DNA from: a virus
Length of the DNA: 64,000 nucleotides
IMG/VR virus record: IMGVR_UViG_3300029906_000002
Location: 76,507-140,506 of that record
Direction: 5' to 3' (one strand)
Shown here: piece after piece, positions 18,395-28,903 of the stretch
Layout: every line of letters starts with the position of its first letter
Position numbering within the stretch: position 1 is the first letter of the stretch
Notes under the pieces: generated by a model
The model's input: the letters and a program-made list of their open reading frames with translations, nothing else
What the model was told of the DNA's origin: nothing
Database searches by the model: none
Translations under genes and position numbers: made by a program

Positions 18395-20512
18395 TTAGTC
18401 CTCCGTAGCTTCAACGAATGTGTGGTATTCTTGTACGTGTGCCTCATTATTAGAAGCAATGGCAGCATTGATAGCATCAAGCAACTCCTGCTTCATGGCG
18501 GACATCTCACTGCGAAGAGTAGCAGTAGCCTCATCCACATAACTTCTAAGCGATGCTATAGCATTATTGGTTTCCTGCTTCAATGCGGAGATTTCTCCAC
18601 GAACAGTAGCTGTACCTTCATCGACGTATGTTCTCAGCTCATCAATCTTTCCAGACAGCTGCGTGTCGGCTTCCTGGTAAGCCTTATTCGTATCGCTGAT
18701 TAAGCCTTCAATGCGACCAGCTTCCTCGGTAATCTTGTTCTGTAAGTCAGCAGAGAGATCGGCAACCGTCTTGTTGGTAGCATTAATCTTCTCTTCCAGA
18801 CCAGTAACGGCATCAGTCACAGCAGTGGTAGCATTGTTGGCTACAGCCTCAATCTTCTCGTTGAGGTTCGCATGTGCCTTGTCGCTCTCTTCCTTGTTGG
18901 CTGCGATGACTTGTTCAAGCTCGGTCTTTGTAATGTTGATCTTGTTGTCCAAGGCAGCAAGATTGTCGGCATCAGCCTTTACCAGCTTCTCTTCCAAAGC
19001 AACGATGGAAGCGTCAACGGCGGAACGATTATCGCGAATGGCCTGGTTAACCGTTTCGATGTCGGCATCGTGAGCAGCCTTCTCGTCTTTGAACTTTTGG
19101 TCAACAGCAGCGAACTTGTCATCCGTGTTATGTTCAAGCGTTGAGATGGTATTGTTGACAATGGCGATATTGTCAGCCAACTCGTGTTGCAAGTCAGCCT
19201 TGGTATCGGCAACCAGTTGCTTGACTTCCTCAATCTTCTTGTCAACCTCACCCGGACCTTCACCGATGGCGGCCTTCAACACATCAAGCTGATGGGCTAC
19301 AGATACATTGCCGTAGGTGATATTATTGGAATCTCTGGAGACGTACAAGCCGTTTGAACGCTTTTGGATACCATTGTTGCTGTCAGGGCTTACGACCACC
19401 TCGCCAGAAAGCATATCCTTGCCTTCACCGACAGAACGTGCGAGCGCGAGCTTTAAGCCCGTACCGTCAGTATTAGTTACATCCCAGTCGCGGATAATCA
19501 CGCTGAACGGAATAACCAGCTTCTCGCCGTTCTTAAACTTGATGATGATGGATTCCGTAGCCTGGTCGTATGTCGTGTTGTCAATACCATATTCAGCCTT
19601 AATAGCATCCACATACTCGAAAATATGGATGATGCTGCCATTGACAACAAAGCGGAGTGCCTTGCCCGTGTCCTTGACTTGGATGTTATGGAACAGACCA
19701 CCGTTCTTAACAATGATCTGGTTGTCATTGCGGACATTCAGGTCGGTATCGTCAACACCAGTACCGAGCTTGACGAAATGCTTAATGACTGTGCCGTCTT
19801 TCAGTTCGAGACGTTCAACGGAAACCGTGTCCGTATTCTCAAACTTGAGCGTTCCACCAGTGATCTCGTCAATAACATCCTTGAGCGGCTTGTTGTTCTT
19901 GTAACCCGTCAAGAAGTTGCGCAAGTCTTCCCAAGTCAGGATATCGCTGCCTTCGGGAGAAGAGGTGTGCAGGAAATCATTCAAGGCATTGTTGAGAAGC
20001 GTGATGGAACCATACTTGAGCGTAGCCAGGTATTCAATCACGTCGTCGCCCGCGTAACCGGCAAGGGCCTTGTCGGTCTGATGCAGGATCTTCAACTTGC
20101 CAATCTGGTCATTGAGATAACCAACCTTCTCTGCCAGCTTCTTGATGGAGTTGAGTGTCTCGTCAATATTGGACGGATCTTCGACACCCCAGATAGCGAT
20201 AATCTGGTCGATGATGTCTTGGATATCATTCTCGGCATCCTCGATCTGTCCAAGTGATACCAACTTGACAAGCTCGTAATTCTTTACGTCAATAACAGTG
20301 GACGAAGAGTTGGCTACCTCGCGGAACGTGTAGAAGTCGAGATCCTTGGTGTCAGGATTCTCGACGATCTTCAGAAGACCGGCATGAAGGATAGCCGCGT
20401 TTTCCGAAGCCCATTGCTTCAGTTCCTGTTCGGAAGCGAACTTGTAGTCCAATTCGATAGGTTCGCCCGTCACTCTCTTGAACGGGACGATAATTTGGCT
20501 GTACTGTTTCAT
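18395..20512 (-). CDS. Structural protein with long C-terminal coiled coil
   Basis: 705 aa; heptad-rich C-terminal third; in tail operon. Confidence 0.7.
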   Translation of the reverse strand: MKQYSQIIVPFKRVTGEPIELDYKFASEQELKQWASENAAILHAGLLKIVENPDTKDLDFYTFREVANSSSTVIDVKNYELVKLVSLGQIEDAENDIQDIIDQIIAIWGVEDPSNIDETLNSIKKLAEKVGYLNDQIGKLKILHQTDKALAGYAGDDVIEYLATLKYGSITLLNNALNDFLHTSSPEGSDILTWEDLRNFLTGYKNNKPLKDVIDEITGGTLKFENTDTVSVERLELKDGTVIKHFVKLGTGVDDTDLNVRNDNQIIVKNGGLFHNIQVKDTGKALRFVVNGSIIHIFEYVDAIKAEYGIDNTTYDQATESIIIKFKNGEKLVIPFSVIIRDWDVTNTDGTGLKLALARSVGEGKDMLSGEVVVSPDSNNGIQKRSNGLYVSRDSNNITYGNVSVAHQLDVLKAAIGEGPGEVDKKIEEVKQLVADTKADLQHELADNIAIVNNTISTLEHNTDDKFAAVDQKFKDEKAAHDADIETVNQAIRDNRSAVDASIVALEEKLVKADADNLAALDNKINITKTELEQVIAANKEESDKAHANLNEKIEAVANNATTAVTDAVTGLEEKINATNKTVADLSADLQNKITEEAGRIEGLISDTNKAYQEADTQLSGKIDELRTYVDEGTATVRGEISALKQETNNAIASLRSYVDEATATLRSEMSAMKQELLDAINAAIASNNEAHVQEYHTFVEATED

Positions 20513-20515
20513 TGC

Positions 20516-22306
20516 TTACTTCTGAAGTTTATAAGTGACATCCATATTCAATTCACACATGCCCACACGCAGGATATACAGCTTGTACATCACGATGCGT
20601 CCGTCATTCAACGTCAGCGGGATGTTGTTCACACACTCGAACTGGTTTACATTAATCTGCTGCGTGGCTGTCTCAACGCTGATCAGGTTCGGGTAGTTTA
20701 CGGGCAATGCCAGATACAAGCTCTTGAGTTCCGTAGGAGAAGTGAAGTTGTAGGAAACAGTAACTTCATTCACATCCTCGCTGGTAAAGAACTTGTTGTT
20801 GTTCGTAGGATCATTAGCAACGCTTGTTTCCATCCAGTTGATAGTAACTTGCGTGCCGTTCATCCACTTAGGCATGATACCTGCATATACGGCAAAGGCG
20901 ATCTTCGTCTGTGCGGTAACCGTCTTGATGTTGCCGTTCGTATAAGTAACTTCCATGCGGAAGACAGTAGGATTGTTCGTAATGGGATTGGACTTCACGG
21001 AATATTCACCGTCATCCTCGAAGTCAACCTTCTGGAACGTGCCGATAAGCACATCATCCTGATAGAGCTTGACCACATCAATAAGTGTGATGGGGCGGAT
21101 ATTCATGGATACGTCCACGATAGCGTTGTACTCTGCATAAGGCGGAACTTCCAGATAAACGCCGTCTCCGTAGAAGATGCTGTCCATAATTTCTTGGAAC
21201 GTAACCTTAGCGGGAAGCTCAGTATTGTCCTCTACATAACCTACCGTAGTCTGTACAGGACCGGACGTATTCCAAATCATGTTGTCGGCTTGTTCCTGCA
21301 CAACATTATTCAGGAGCTTCACGCGATAATCCACATCGCCAATAGTAGCCAGGTCGTTCTGCTTGATACCAGGCACACCTTGTTGCGGGTTGGTGAAAGG
21401 AACAGAACCGTCAGCCTTGACATAGTTCATTGCCTTCACGGTCTCCATCGTGTGATGCGGGTCGTCCTCCAACAAGTGACGATTGATAGCAGCCTCAACA
21501 ACGGGCGTCATCAGCTCCTCTATTTTGGAGTTGAGCTGGGCGCGGCTATAAGTCTCGTCCTTGGTGTAAACCTGATCCTTAGTGTAGTAGTTTTTCAAAC
21601 GATCTTCCAACATGGACACCAGACCATGAGGATCAGTTTCCAGCTTGTGTTGGGAAAGCATGTCGTCCACATAACCTTTCGTGGACAGGTCGAGTGAAGA
21701 CTTCGGATAAACGCCTTGCTGCGGAACAAGGAACGGAGTGGTACCGTCATTACGAACCATGTTCTTGATGAGCGTATCCACCTGCACCTGCGTATAGGTT
21801 TCCGCCTTGCCATAAACATGGTCAATGGGAGCATAGTTGGCAAGTTCTTCCTTAACCTTGATCATCGTCTTATGCGGATCATTCGTGCTGCTTGCGTGAG
21901 CATACAGCGCATTGTCCACATATTCCTTCGTGGTCAAATCAGTAGGTGCCACAGGATTCTTGCCGCCAAGCGGGGCCTGCATGGATACCGTGCCGTCCGT
22001 TTTTACATAACCCTCCAGTTTCTTGTCCACGCGGGCAAGGATCTTGTGAGGATCATCGGCGGCCAGATGCGTGTTGATAGCGTCAGACATAGCCTGTGCC
22101 ACATAGTTCTCAATCTCAATGGTGCGCATGGTATCCGTAGATGCAAGCACGCCAAGATTGGTACGGGCAAGGGCTTTCTCGCGCTCATCGACAAACTCGC
22201 TGAGGAAATTGTCGTGCAACAGGGCACCAGTCTCAGACTGCGTTACAGGGTCGCTGCAAACGGACGTTCCCGGATTCAGTATTGTTTGGTTGCTGTTGTT
22301 AGCCAT
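20516..22306 (-). CDS. Structural fibre protein with His-containing repeats
   Basis: 596 aa; four H-x4/5-DPH and three (Y/M)V(K/R)xDG repeats. Confidence 0.7.
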   Translation of the reverse strand: MANNSNQTILNPGTSVCSDPVTQSETGALLHDNFLSEFVDEREKALARTNLGVLASTDTMRTIEIENYVAQAMSDAINTHLAADDPHKILARVDKKLEGYVKTDGTVSMQAPLGGKNPVAPTDLTTKEYVDNALYAHASSTNDPHKTMIKVKEELANYAPIDHVYGKAETYTQVQVDTLIKNMVRNDGTTPFLVPQQGVYPKSSLDLSTKGYVDDMLSQHKLETDPHGLVSMLEDRLKNYYTKDQVYTKDETYSRAQLNSKIEELMTPVVEAAINRHLLEDDPHHTMETVKAMNYVKADGSVPFTNPQQGVPGIKQNDLATIGDVDYRVKLLNNVVQEQADNMIWNTSGPVQTTVGYVEDNTELPAKVTFQEIMDSIFYGDGVYLEVPPYAEYNAIVDVSMNIRPITLIDVVKLYQDDVLIGTFQKVDFEDDGEYSVKSNPITNNPTVFRMEVTYTNGNIKTVTAQTKIAFAVYAGIMPKWMNGTQVTINWMETSVANDPTNNNKFFTSEDVNEVTVSYNFTSPTELKSLYLALPVNYPNLISVETATQQINVNQFECVNNIPLTLNDGRIVMYKLYILRVGMCELNMDVTYKLQK

Positions 22307-22527
22307 ATCAGTTTGTTATAATATGTTACATAATAATCTAATTTGTTCATACCTCCAAGATTCTCAGCGATATCCACGAGGCTTATCTTTTCAAGGATCT
22401 GCTCGTAATCCAGATATCGCCCTCTTTGCGCTTTATGCAGTAAATCCTGAAAGTCGCAGATAATCTGTTCTTTCAGTCTTTTTACTTCTTCGCATTCGTT
22501 GAACCTTACTCCGCAAATCTGTGCCAT
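22276..22527 (-). CDS. Hypothetical protein
   Basis: 83 aa, overlaps start of next gene. Confidence 0.65.
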   Translation of the reverse strand: MAQICGVRFNECEEVKRLKEQIICDFQDLLHKAQRGRYLDYEQILEKISLVDIAENLGGMNKLDYYVTYYNKLIWLTTATKQY

Positions 22528-22533
22528 AGTCGA

Positions 22534-23379
22534 TTAGTTTGAACAGTTGCATCCTCTTTTCGGCAATCCGCCGCATCCGCAATCAGGCTTCAACCCTTCA
22601 TGCTCATACCATCCTTTGCAGAGACCGTTGCAGCCGCCTATCAGTTCGATGATCCGTTGGACTTCCTGCAATCGGTTGAATTCGGTCAGATAACGTATCA
22701 CGTTAAGTGCCATCCAGGCCACATCGCGTCTCCAGACAAGGTTTGAATCAATCTCTCCACGACTGAAGCATTCCGAAAATCCTTGGTCCTCGAAGATAGC
22801 TTGACATAAAGATAGGTAGCAATGAAGCAGGTAGCATATCGAAACAAATGTGCCGCAAGATACCGAGATACTTGTTCCTTCGGGATTACGTTCGATAAGC
22901 TCCAAGGATTCCACACCCGACTTGTCGAAGTCGTCAATAGTCAGGTCTGCCATGTCAGCGTCTTCGTGCTTGATATACTTGTAAATGGCTTTTGCTTCGG
23001 GGTCAACCGTGTACAAGGCATCATAGACAAGCAAAGCTTCAGGATGCTCAATGAGCATGCGTTGGAACCAATCCTCGGTGGGCAACACGATATTGTAAAC
23101 GGTAAACACGCCGTCAAAGTCAATGTTTATCAGGTGTCCTTCGTTCTTCTTCTCGTAATCGTGCTTGTTGAACACGGTCTTAACAACCTTCTTATCCTTG
23201 TCGTTATAGCGTTCAAGGTAGACAATGCTGATAAGTCCAGTATCGCTGAACTTGAATCGTCCTTTGGTAACGGAATCGGATGATTCGGGAAGGTATCCTT
23301 TTGACGCGTCCTCAATGGTATTGTCTTTGACAACTACCCTGCATCTCTCGTTAGTACATATATCAAAACACAAATCCAT
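22534..23379 (-). CDS. Portal-adjacent structural (neck/ring-like) protein
   Basis: 281 aa, Cys-rich C-terminus (CNGLC...CGC...CNC); directly after portal. Confidence 0.6.
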   Translation of the reverse strand: MDLCFDICTNERCRVVVKDNTIEDASKGYLPESSDSVTKGRFKFSDTGLISIVYLERYNDKDKKVVKTVFNKHDYEKKNEGHLINIDFDGVFTVYNIVLPTEDWFQRMLIEHPEALLVYDALYTVDPEAKAIYKYIKHEDADMADLTIDDFDKSGVESLELIERNPEGTSISVSCGTFVSICYLLHCYLSLCQAIFEDQGFSECFSRGEIDSNLVWRRDVAWMALNVIRYLTEFNRLQEVQRIIELIGGCNGLCKGWYEHEGLKPDCGCGGLPKRGCNCSN

Positions 23380-23381
23380 GG

Positions 23382-25559
23382 TTACACATCTTTTATATGA
23401 TCGTTATACGGATTGCCGTCATGCTGCTGTGCAAGCTCGGCATCCAGTTGTTTATTCTTGACTTCTATGAGGTCGTCGTTATACCTGCGTTCATTTTCCA
23501 GCTTCATCAGACCCAGGCGAGAATCAAGCTGCAACTTCTGCTGCTCAAGCTGGAGCTTAGCCTCATCAAGCTGCTCGATCTTCTGCTGTGCCTTTTGCAG
23601 TTCGGCCTGTGCTTGTTGTAGTTGACCGGAAAGTTCCTCAATCTTTTGGTTCAACCTACCAATGACATTCTCTTTCTTCTCCTTCTCGGCATACGCCCGA
23701 CTGATATTCGTTTTCAGTTCAGTCATGGATGTTGCCGTCATACACTCCATAATAACATCAGGCTCGTAGTTACCCGCCTTGATAAACTCGCTTACCACGC
23801 CTTTCATGGTTTCCATATCTCGTATGGTCTGTGAAGAAGACGGGATATGCACATCGTAATCGGTAGTAGTGAAGTGTTGTGGTAAAGCGGTGAATATGCG
23901 TCTACGATTCGGGCCAAGAATAATCTCGCCTTGCAAACCATCCTTGTAAGCAATTTTGGCTTGGTCGAGCATATCCATCAGTATGTCACGTTCCAAAGAA
24001 TCCATCTGTTGATAGATCCATTTGGTAACGGTATAGCTGTTTCTGGCACCAGCTTGTACATTGCGTACGGCATCGTATTGCTGGATGCCGTCAAGACGTT
24101 GTTGGAACACACCTGTAATACTGGATACAACCTTCTCAATGGATTGCAGAGCCATCTCGTAAGCCTGTATGGTAGGTACCTTGATGCTGTTGTCGAAGCC
24201 ATTGAAGAAAGTGTTCACCATCGGCGTACCATCCTGTGAGGAATCAAAGACGCCGATACCCTGCTTCATATAGCCAAGGAAGCGTTCAAGACGGTCTATC
24301 ATATTACCGCCAAGGAACGTAGGCAGTTTGCTCACATCCACGTACGTGCCAGTTGTGCCACTATTGGCGAGGGCATTATCACGCAAATAATGGATGATGT
24401 TATACTTGTCTTGCAGGTCTCCACATTGCAACACAAGCGAGAATGGCTTATTGTTTCGGTTGGTAAAGAACAAACCGTTCACAGACAGCTTACAATCAGT
24501 AGGATTGTCTATAGTACGTATAGCACTCTTATCCTTGCCATACGTGATATAGATGGTTTCGCCGATACGGACAGTATGGTATCTATTCTTTACCCAAATG
24601 CCGTTTTCCTTCTCCGTCTCAATCCATTCCACCTCATAAACGGGAATAAAGTAGTTTAACCTGTGATTACCTTCTTCGGGAAGACCAGGAGTGATATTAA
24701 TATCGTCTCCTACATGTTGGCTTACCGGGAACGGTTGTGCATCGGGAATACGCGAACGGATGATGTAGCTGTTATTGTACAGATTTCCATCACGCCAGAT
24801 ATCGTTTAATTCCTTTATGGTATCTCCATTCAATTCACTACCATACGCATTCAACACATCTTGTCTTGTCATCCAACGACGAATTACGATACGGCTTGCG
24901 TCACGCACATAGTTGCTTTCGGGATTCTTGTCGGGAAAGACATTCATCGGATTATACGTGGAAAGTGCAATGTTCTTTCCATCGGGCGTGATGTAACTAC
25001 GATAGTAACATTGCCCCGCCGTAAGCATATCTACCAGAAGCTCTCTTCGCTTGTTGTAGATATCTATGGGCCGCGCCTGCAATACCCATGCAAGGATGTC
25101 GTTGGCAGCAAGCTCGAACTCGGAGATATAGTTCAGATTGGTATCTTGAATCAATCGGTATTGCTCGGCTCGTATGGTTTCGTCGTCCATGCGTCCGGTG
25201 ATACCAAGCAGCACTTCCTTTCTGAAAAGATTGCGATAGAACTGGGCAAGGACGGCTTTGATACGAAGCTGCCTGTTCCGTGCTATTTGGTTGAGCGTAC
25301 CGCTGTCCTTACAGGATACAGTGGGTGTCAACGGCACCTCCAAATGCTCGCCTACAAGCGCGTCCACATGCTTCTTGATAAGCGGTATGAACGTGACAGT
25401 GGTAGGATTGTTGATGCCGTAATTCTCCTCCAGATAGCGGAACTGTTCCGTATCTATGATGCAGTTGATATAGTTATACGCCTTCTGTACCCTCACCTTG
25501 GGTATAACAAGCTCGGTGATATGCTTGTCCGTAAGCTCTATTAGTTTATCGCGATTCAT
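23382..25559 (-). CDS. Portal protein
   Basis: 725 aa; FRYLEENYGI..PT.V.FIPLIKKHVDALVGE start, C-terminal coiled coil, next to TerL. Confidence 0.85.
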   Translation of the reverse strand: MNRDKLIELTDKHITELVIPKVRVQKAYNYINCIIDTEQFRYLEENYGINNPTTVTFIPLIKKHVDALVGEHLEVPLTPTVSCKDSGTLNQIARNRQLRIKAVLAQFYRNLFRKEVLLGITGRMDDETIRAEQYRLIQDTNLNYISEFELAANDILAWVLQARPIDIYNKRRELLVDMLTAGQCYYRSYITPDGKNIALSTYNPMNVFPDKNPESNYVRDASRIVIRRWMTRQDVLNAYGSELNGDTIKELNDIWRDGNLYNNSYIIRSRIPDAQPFPVSQHVGDDINITPGLPEEGNHRLNYFIPVYEVEWIETEKENGIWVKNRYHTVRIGETIYITYGKDKSAIRTIDNPTDCKLSVNGLFFTNRNNKPFSLVLQCGDLQDKYNIIHYLRDNALANSGTTGTYVDVSKLPTFLGGNMIDRLERFLGYMKQGIGVFDSSQDGTPMVNTFFNGFDNSIKVPTIQAYEMALQSIEKVVSSITGVFQQRLDGIQQYDAVRNVQAGARNSYTVTKWIYQQMDSLERDILMDMLDQAKIAYKDGLQGEIILGPNRRRIFTALPQHFTTTDYDVHIPSSSQTIRDMETMKGVVSEFIKAGNYEPDVIMECMTATSMTELKTNISRAYAEKEKKENVIGRLNQKIEELSGQLQQAQAELQKAQQKIEQLDEAKLQLEQQKLQLDSRLGLMKLENERRYNDDLIEVKNKQLDAELAQQHDGNPYNDHIKDV

Positions 25560-25560
25560 C

Positions 25561-25881
25561 TCAGCAAGAAGGTGTTGGGTCTATATATTGTCCGTAGGTA
25601 TACATCACCCTGCTGGGGATGTTATCCTCTCTAAGTTGGATTCTGACGAGATTGAAAAAAGTCTCTATGTCATTTCCAACGTAGGTAATATAATAAGGTT
25701 TGTCAAGGTTGTTCAGGGACATTTCGAGCTGGTATCCATCAGGTTCCTTTGTGTATTTGTCGTACGTTCGGCGTACCCATAGGTTGCCTACATACTTAAC
25801 ACCAAGCTCCTCCTCAATGATAGCCAACACCCTTTCCTCCTCTGGAGTAAATTCCCGTTTATCAAATTCTCTATTTACCAT
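25561..25881 (-). CDS. Hypothetical protein between TerL and portal
   Basis: 106 aa overlapping TerL stop. Confidence 0.7.
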   Translation of the reverse strand: MVNREFDKREFTPEEERVLAIIEEELGVKYVGNLWVRRTYDKYTKEPDGYQLEMSLNNLDKPYYITYVGNDIETFFNLVRIQLREDNIPSRVMYTYGQYIDPTPSC

Positions 25882-28127
25882 ATCTCTTCCTCCTCCATCA
25901 TTCCGTTATATATCGGATTGGAAGAATACAGTCTCCCGTCCCTTCCAATAAAGTCATTTTCCAAATCAGGATCGTAAGTTCCTTTGTCATTCTTTTTGTC
26001 CTTCAGTTTGATAATACCTCTTCTTCTATATCCTCTATCATCCGTATAATAGCCGTACACGTATGTGATATCCGTGTTTCTTGTCTTTAGGTCGTCGTCA
26101 GTAGTTTTGATAGAAGATGTAGAAGTAAGCTCTTCGTCAGCAAGCTCAGCCATCTGCATGGCAGCTACCATGTCGAACTTACGCTTGTTCTCGTAGCTGT
26201 ATGTGATGAGCTGATCAATCATCTCTGTAATCCAGATGGTATGGCAGTACTCCTCGACAAACTCAGCCACAAGTGTCAAACCATGCTGGATAGCTTGCTC
26301 GGAAGCAGGAGCACCAAAGTTGGATTGCAACGACCTGGAGTTCTTGTCTGATTCGGTAGCTTTCGGACGTTTCATCATGTAGCGGTACTTAAGCTTCTTG
26401 CCGTCCATGAATGACAGGAAGTTGATTCTTGTTTTCTCAATCATAGCTTTGGCATTATACCACTGAATGAGACGAAGTGCTTGCATGTAGTCGTCTTTCA
26501 CATTATCATGCCTGCCCATATAGTAAGCCACGTACATAGGTTCTTTCATACCCTGCATGCGTTTCTTGATAACAATGCAGAACTTTGAACGCTCCGTGGT
26601 GGTGGCCGATGTATCGTCATTACCAAAGTCGATACCGTCTATACCTGCTACATAAAGATTGGTATATACCTGGTCTTTCTCTTCAGGACGCTGAGGAGGT
26701 TCAATAATGCAAACGCCATTCATAGGACCGCATTTGTTGCTCTCTACAAACTCAATACCAGTAATGCTATCCTTATCTACTTTACCATCAGCAAACGTGT
26801 ATTCCAATAATCCATATCTTGGTGTGAACTCGTTGGGACGTTTGTTGAACAAGGTAATACGCGACTTCTGGTCAGTAAGCATGGCTGTGTTAAATCGCTC
26901 GTCACCTTCAAGAGCAAGGGCTTCTTCGGGATACCAGCATTGTTCTGCGCATTTGATAAGCAGCTGTTTCGGGTTGTTCTGTAACGGGTCGCGGTCAACA
27001 GCCTGTCTGTAAGCTTTGCCTTCCTGCTCGTTCACATAACCACGTTCATCCATCAAGTCACGAATGATAGACCATGCAGGAACAAAGAAACCAGTAATAC
27101 AGTACTCGCCAGACTTGGTATGGTTGTGTCTATAACCAAGCACGCCAAATTCCTTTGGCTTCTTGAATATCTCGGAAAGCCCTTCAAGATTCGGGCCTGA
27201 ATCTCCACCAGTACCAAAGAACAGAATGTTACCGATTCGTTTACCTTGCAAAGTAACAAGCTCTTTGGCTTGAGTAAATGCTTTCTGCGATTCAGGCCAG
27301 GACCCCCCTTCATCCATCAATAGAATCTCGACACGCTTACCACGAATCTTATTAGGCTTATCGGCAACAAGACCATACACCTCAGACTTCATGCCTTTCT
27401 CTACGCTCTGCTTGTCTATATATTCGATGTGTGAGGAACGTCTACGAAGAGCGGCATCCTTAACCTGTCGCAAACGACGCATACCGCCTTCACTGTTGGA
27501 GTTGTTCTCGTCCATTTGGTCGAAGATTTTTTTGATAGTATCCTCGACATATTTTTGGTCGTAGCAGACGACAAGCGAAGTAGAGTTCTGTCGCCACGTG
27601 TACATGTTCGCGCACATGGAAGCATTAATCTCCGACCAACCTATACCACGGGATTTGAGCGTGCAGCCATCAAAGTTGTAGAACCTGCAAAGCTGTACAT
27701 AGTGAAAATATTTGTACTGCTCCACATAGAAGCTGGGTGTGACAAACGAACGTCCCTCACCTGCATAATCCACATCAATGGATAATAGATGATAGAAATT
27801 CAAGAAGTAGTAGTTGTCACCAGTTATCGTATAACCGTTCGATGTGTAGCCTTCTCTACAACGCCAACCTTGTTCTGTCCAGAAATCCCTGAATGGTTTG
27901 GTACCGAATTTCCACGGGCAATACTTACCTGTTTCTTTCTTGACAACGGCAGCTTCTGTGAACCATGCCGGATTAAACTCAAGGCCATGAGTATCATCTA
28001 TTGGACGATAACCCGTGGCCTCATAGCTTAGTGTAGGGTCGAAGTATTCTATCGGGCCGTCCGATATGCGGACATCCCAATCAACCAATCGCTCTACATT
28101 TTTAAAATGTCTTTGATAACTTCCCAT
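25875..28127 (-). CDS. terL: Terminase large subunit
   Basis: 750 aa; LKSRGIGWSE (Walker A-like), LLMDEGG (Walker B), FFGTGG, YVAGIDGID nuclease motif. Confidence 0.92.
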   Translation of the reverse strand: MGSYQRHFKNVERLVDWDVRISDGPIEYFDPTLSYEATGYRPIDDTHGLEFNPAWFTEAAVVKKETGKYCPWKFGTKPFRDFWTEQGWRCREGYTSNGYTITGDNYYFLNFYHLLSIDVDYAGEGRSFVTPSFYVEQYKYFHYVQLCRFYNFDGCTLKSRGIGWSEINASMCANMYTWRQNSTSLVVCYDQKYVEDTIKKIFDQMDENNSNSEGGMRRLRQVKDAALRRRSSHIEYIDKQSVEKGMKSEVYGLVADKPNKIRGKRVEILLMDEGGSWPESQKAFTQAKELVTLQGKRIGNILFFGTGGDSGPNLEGLSEIFKKPKEFGVLGYRHNHTKSGEYCITGFFVPAWSIIRDLMDERGYVNEQEGKAYRQAVDRDPLQNNPKQLLIKCAEQCWYPEEALALEGDERFNTAMLTDQKSRITLFNKRPNEFTPRYGLLEYTFADGKVDKDSITGIEFVESNKCGPMNGVCIIEPPQRPEEKDQVYTNLYVAGIDGIDFGNDDTSATTTERSKFCIVIKKRMQGMKEPMYVAYYMGRHDNVKDDYMQALRLIQWYNAKAMIEKTRINFLSFMDGKKLKYRYMMKRPKATESDKNSRSLQSNFGAPASEQAIQHGLTLVAEFVEEYCHTIWITEMIDQLITYSYENKRKFDMVAAMQMAELADEELTSTSSIKTTDDDLKTRNTDITYVYGYYTDDRGYRRRGIIKLKDKKNDKGTYDPDLENDFIGRDGRLYSSNPIYNGMMEEEEIW

Positions 28128-28900
28128 TCCTTATCTTCAGTAACATCTTCTGCGTCTTTCTTTCGCGGTTTGCCGCGCTTCTCCTTTGGTACATCAACAG
28201 ATTCCACAACATCCTTAAACTCGACAACACGCTTGCGTTTGTTCATCTCAATGCGTTTGTCCTCAGCATTTAGCTTACCCATGCGTATCATCTTCTCTTT
28301 CTCGAAGTCGATGAGTATGCCTTCTACGGCATCGGAACGAATAGAAGATTGTGTGGATTCTCCAACACGTATCCTATCCTCGAACCTATCCAGCATATCG
28401 GAAGCGTTACCAAGCTCATCAAGGGCTTTAATGGAATCGTTGATTTCTTTGATACCGTAAGTCTTACCGGGTTCTTTAGGCTTGGAGAAATAGTTGATCA
28501 TCTCATCTACTTTAAACTGGGCGGAACGAAGCAAGCGAATGTTTCTGTCTTGCTCTTGAATCTCAGACCATTTCTTGCAGGCCCTTTTCAGTTCCTCCAT
28601 GCCAACTTCTTCACCAGTCAGCATGGCATCAAATCCGGCGCTATTAATCTTCTCGGTATCTGTGAAATCTCTATATGGTGAAGCAGCATCGGAAACCAGA
28701 TAGACGAACTTGCAATAGTTGACATACTTACCTATGGCTTCGGGATTACCAATAAGGACGCCGTTCTCGTTGCGTTCACACCCGCAACGCTTTTTGGCTT
28801 CCACCCATAAATCAGCAAACTCATTAACCAACTTGATTTCTTGCTCATTGACAAAGAACTCGCCAGTCAGTTCGTCATATACAAAAATCCTTTGCTGCAT
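28094..28900 (-). CDS. Possible terminase small subunit
   Basis: 268 aa helical protein directly upstream of and overlapping TerL; positional inference only. Confidence 0.45.
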   Translation of the reverse strand: MQQRIFVYDELTGEFFVNEQEIKLVNEFADLWVEAKKRCGCERNENGVLIGNPEAIGKYVNYCKFVYLVSDAASPYRDFTDTEKINSAGFDAMLTGEEVGMEELKRACKKWSEIQEQDRNIRLLRSAQFKVDEMINYFSKPKEPGKTYGIKEINDSIKALDELGNASDMLDRFEDRIRVGESTQSSIRSDAVEGILIDFEKEKMIRMGKLNAEDKRIEMNKRKRVVEFKDVVESVDVPKEKRGKPRKKDAEDVTEDKEWEVIKDILKM

Positions 28901-28903
28901 AGC

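Noticed and set aside
522-28127. Introns or inteins in MCP, portal, TerL
   Set aside because: All uninterrupted, of expected size, no intein or homing-endonuclease motifs seen
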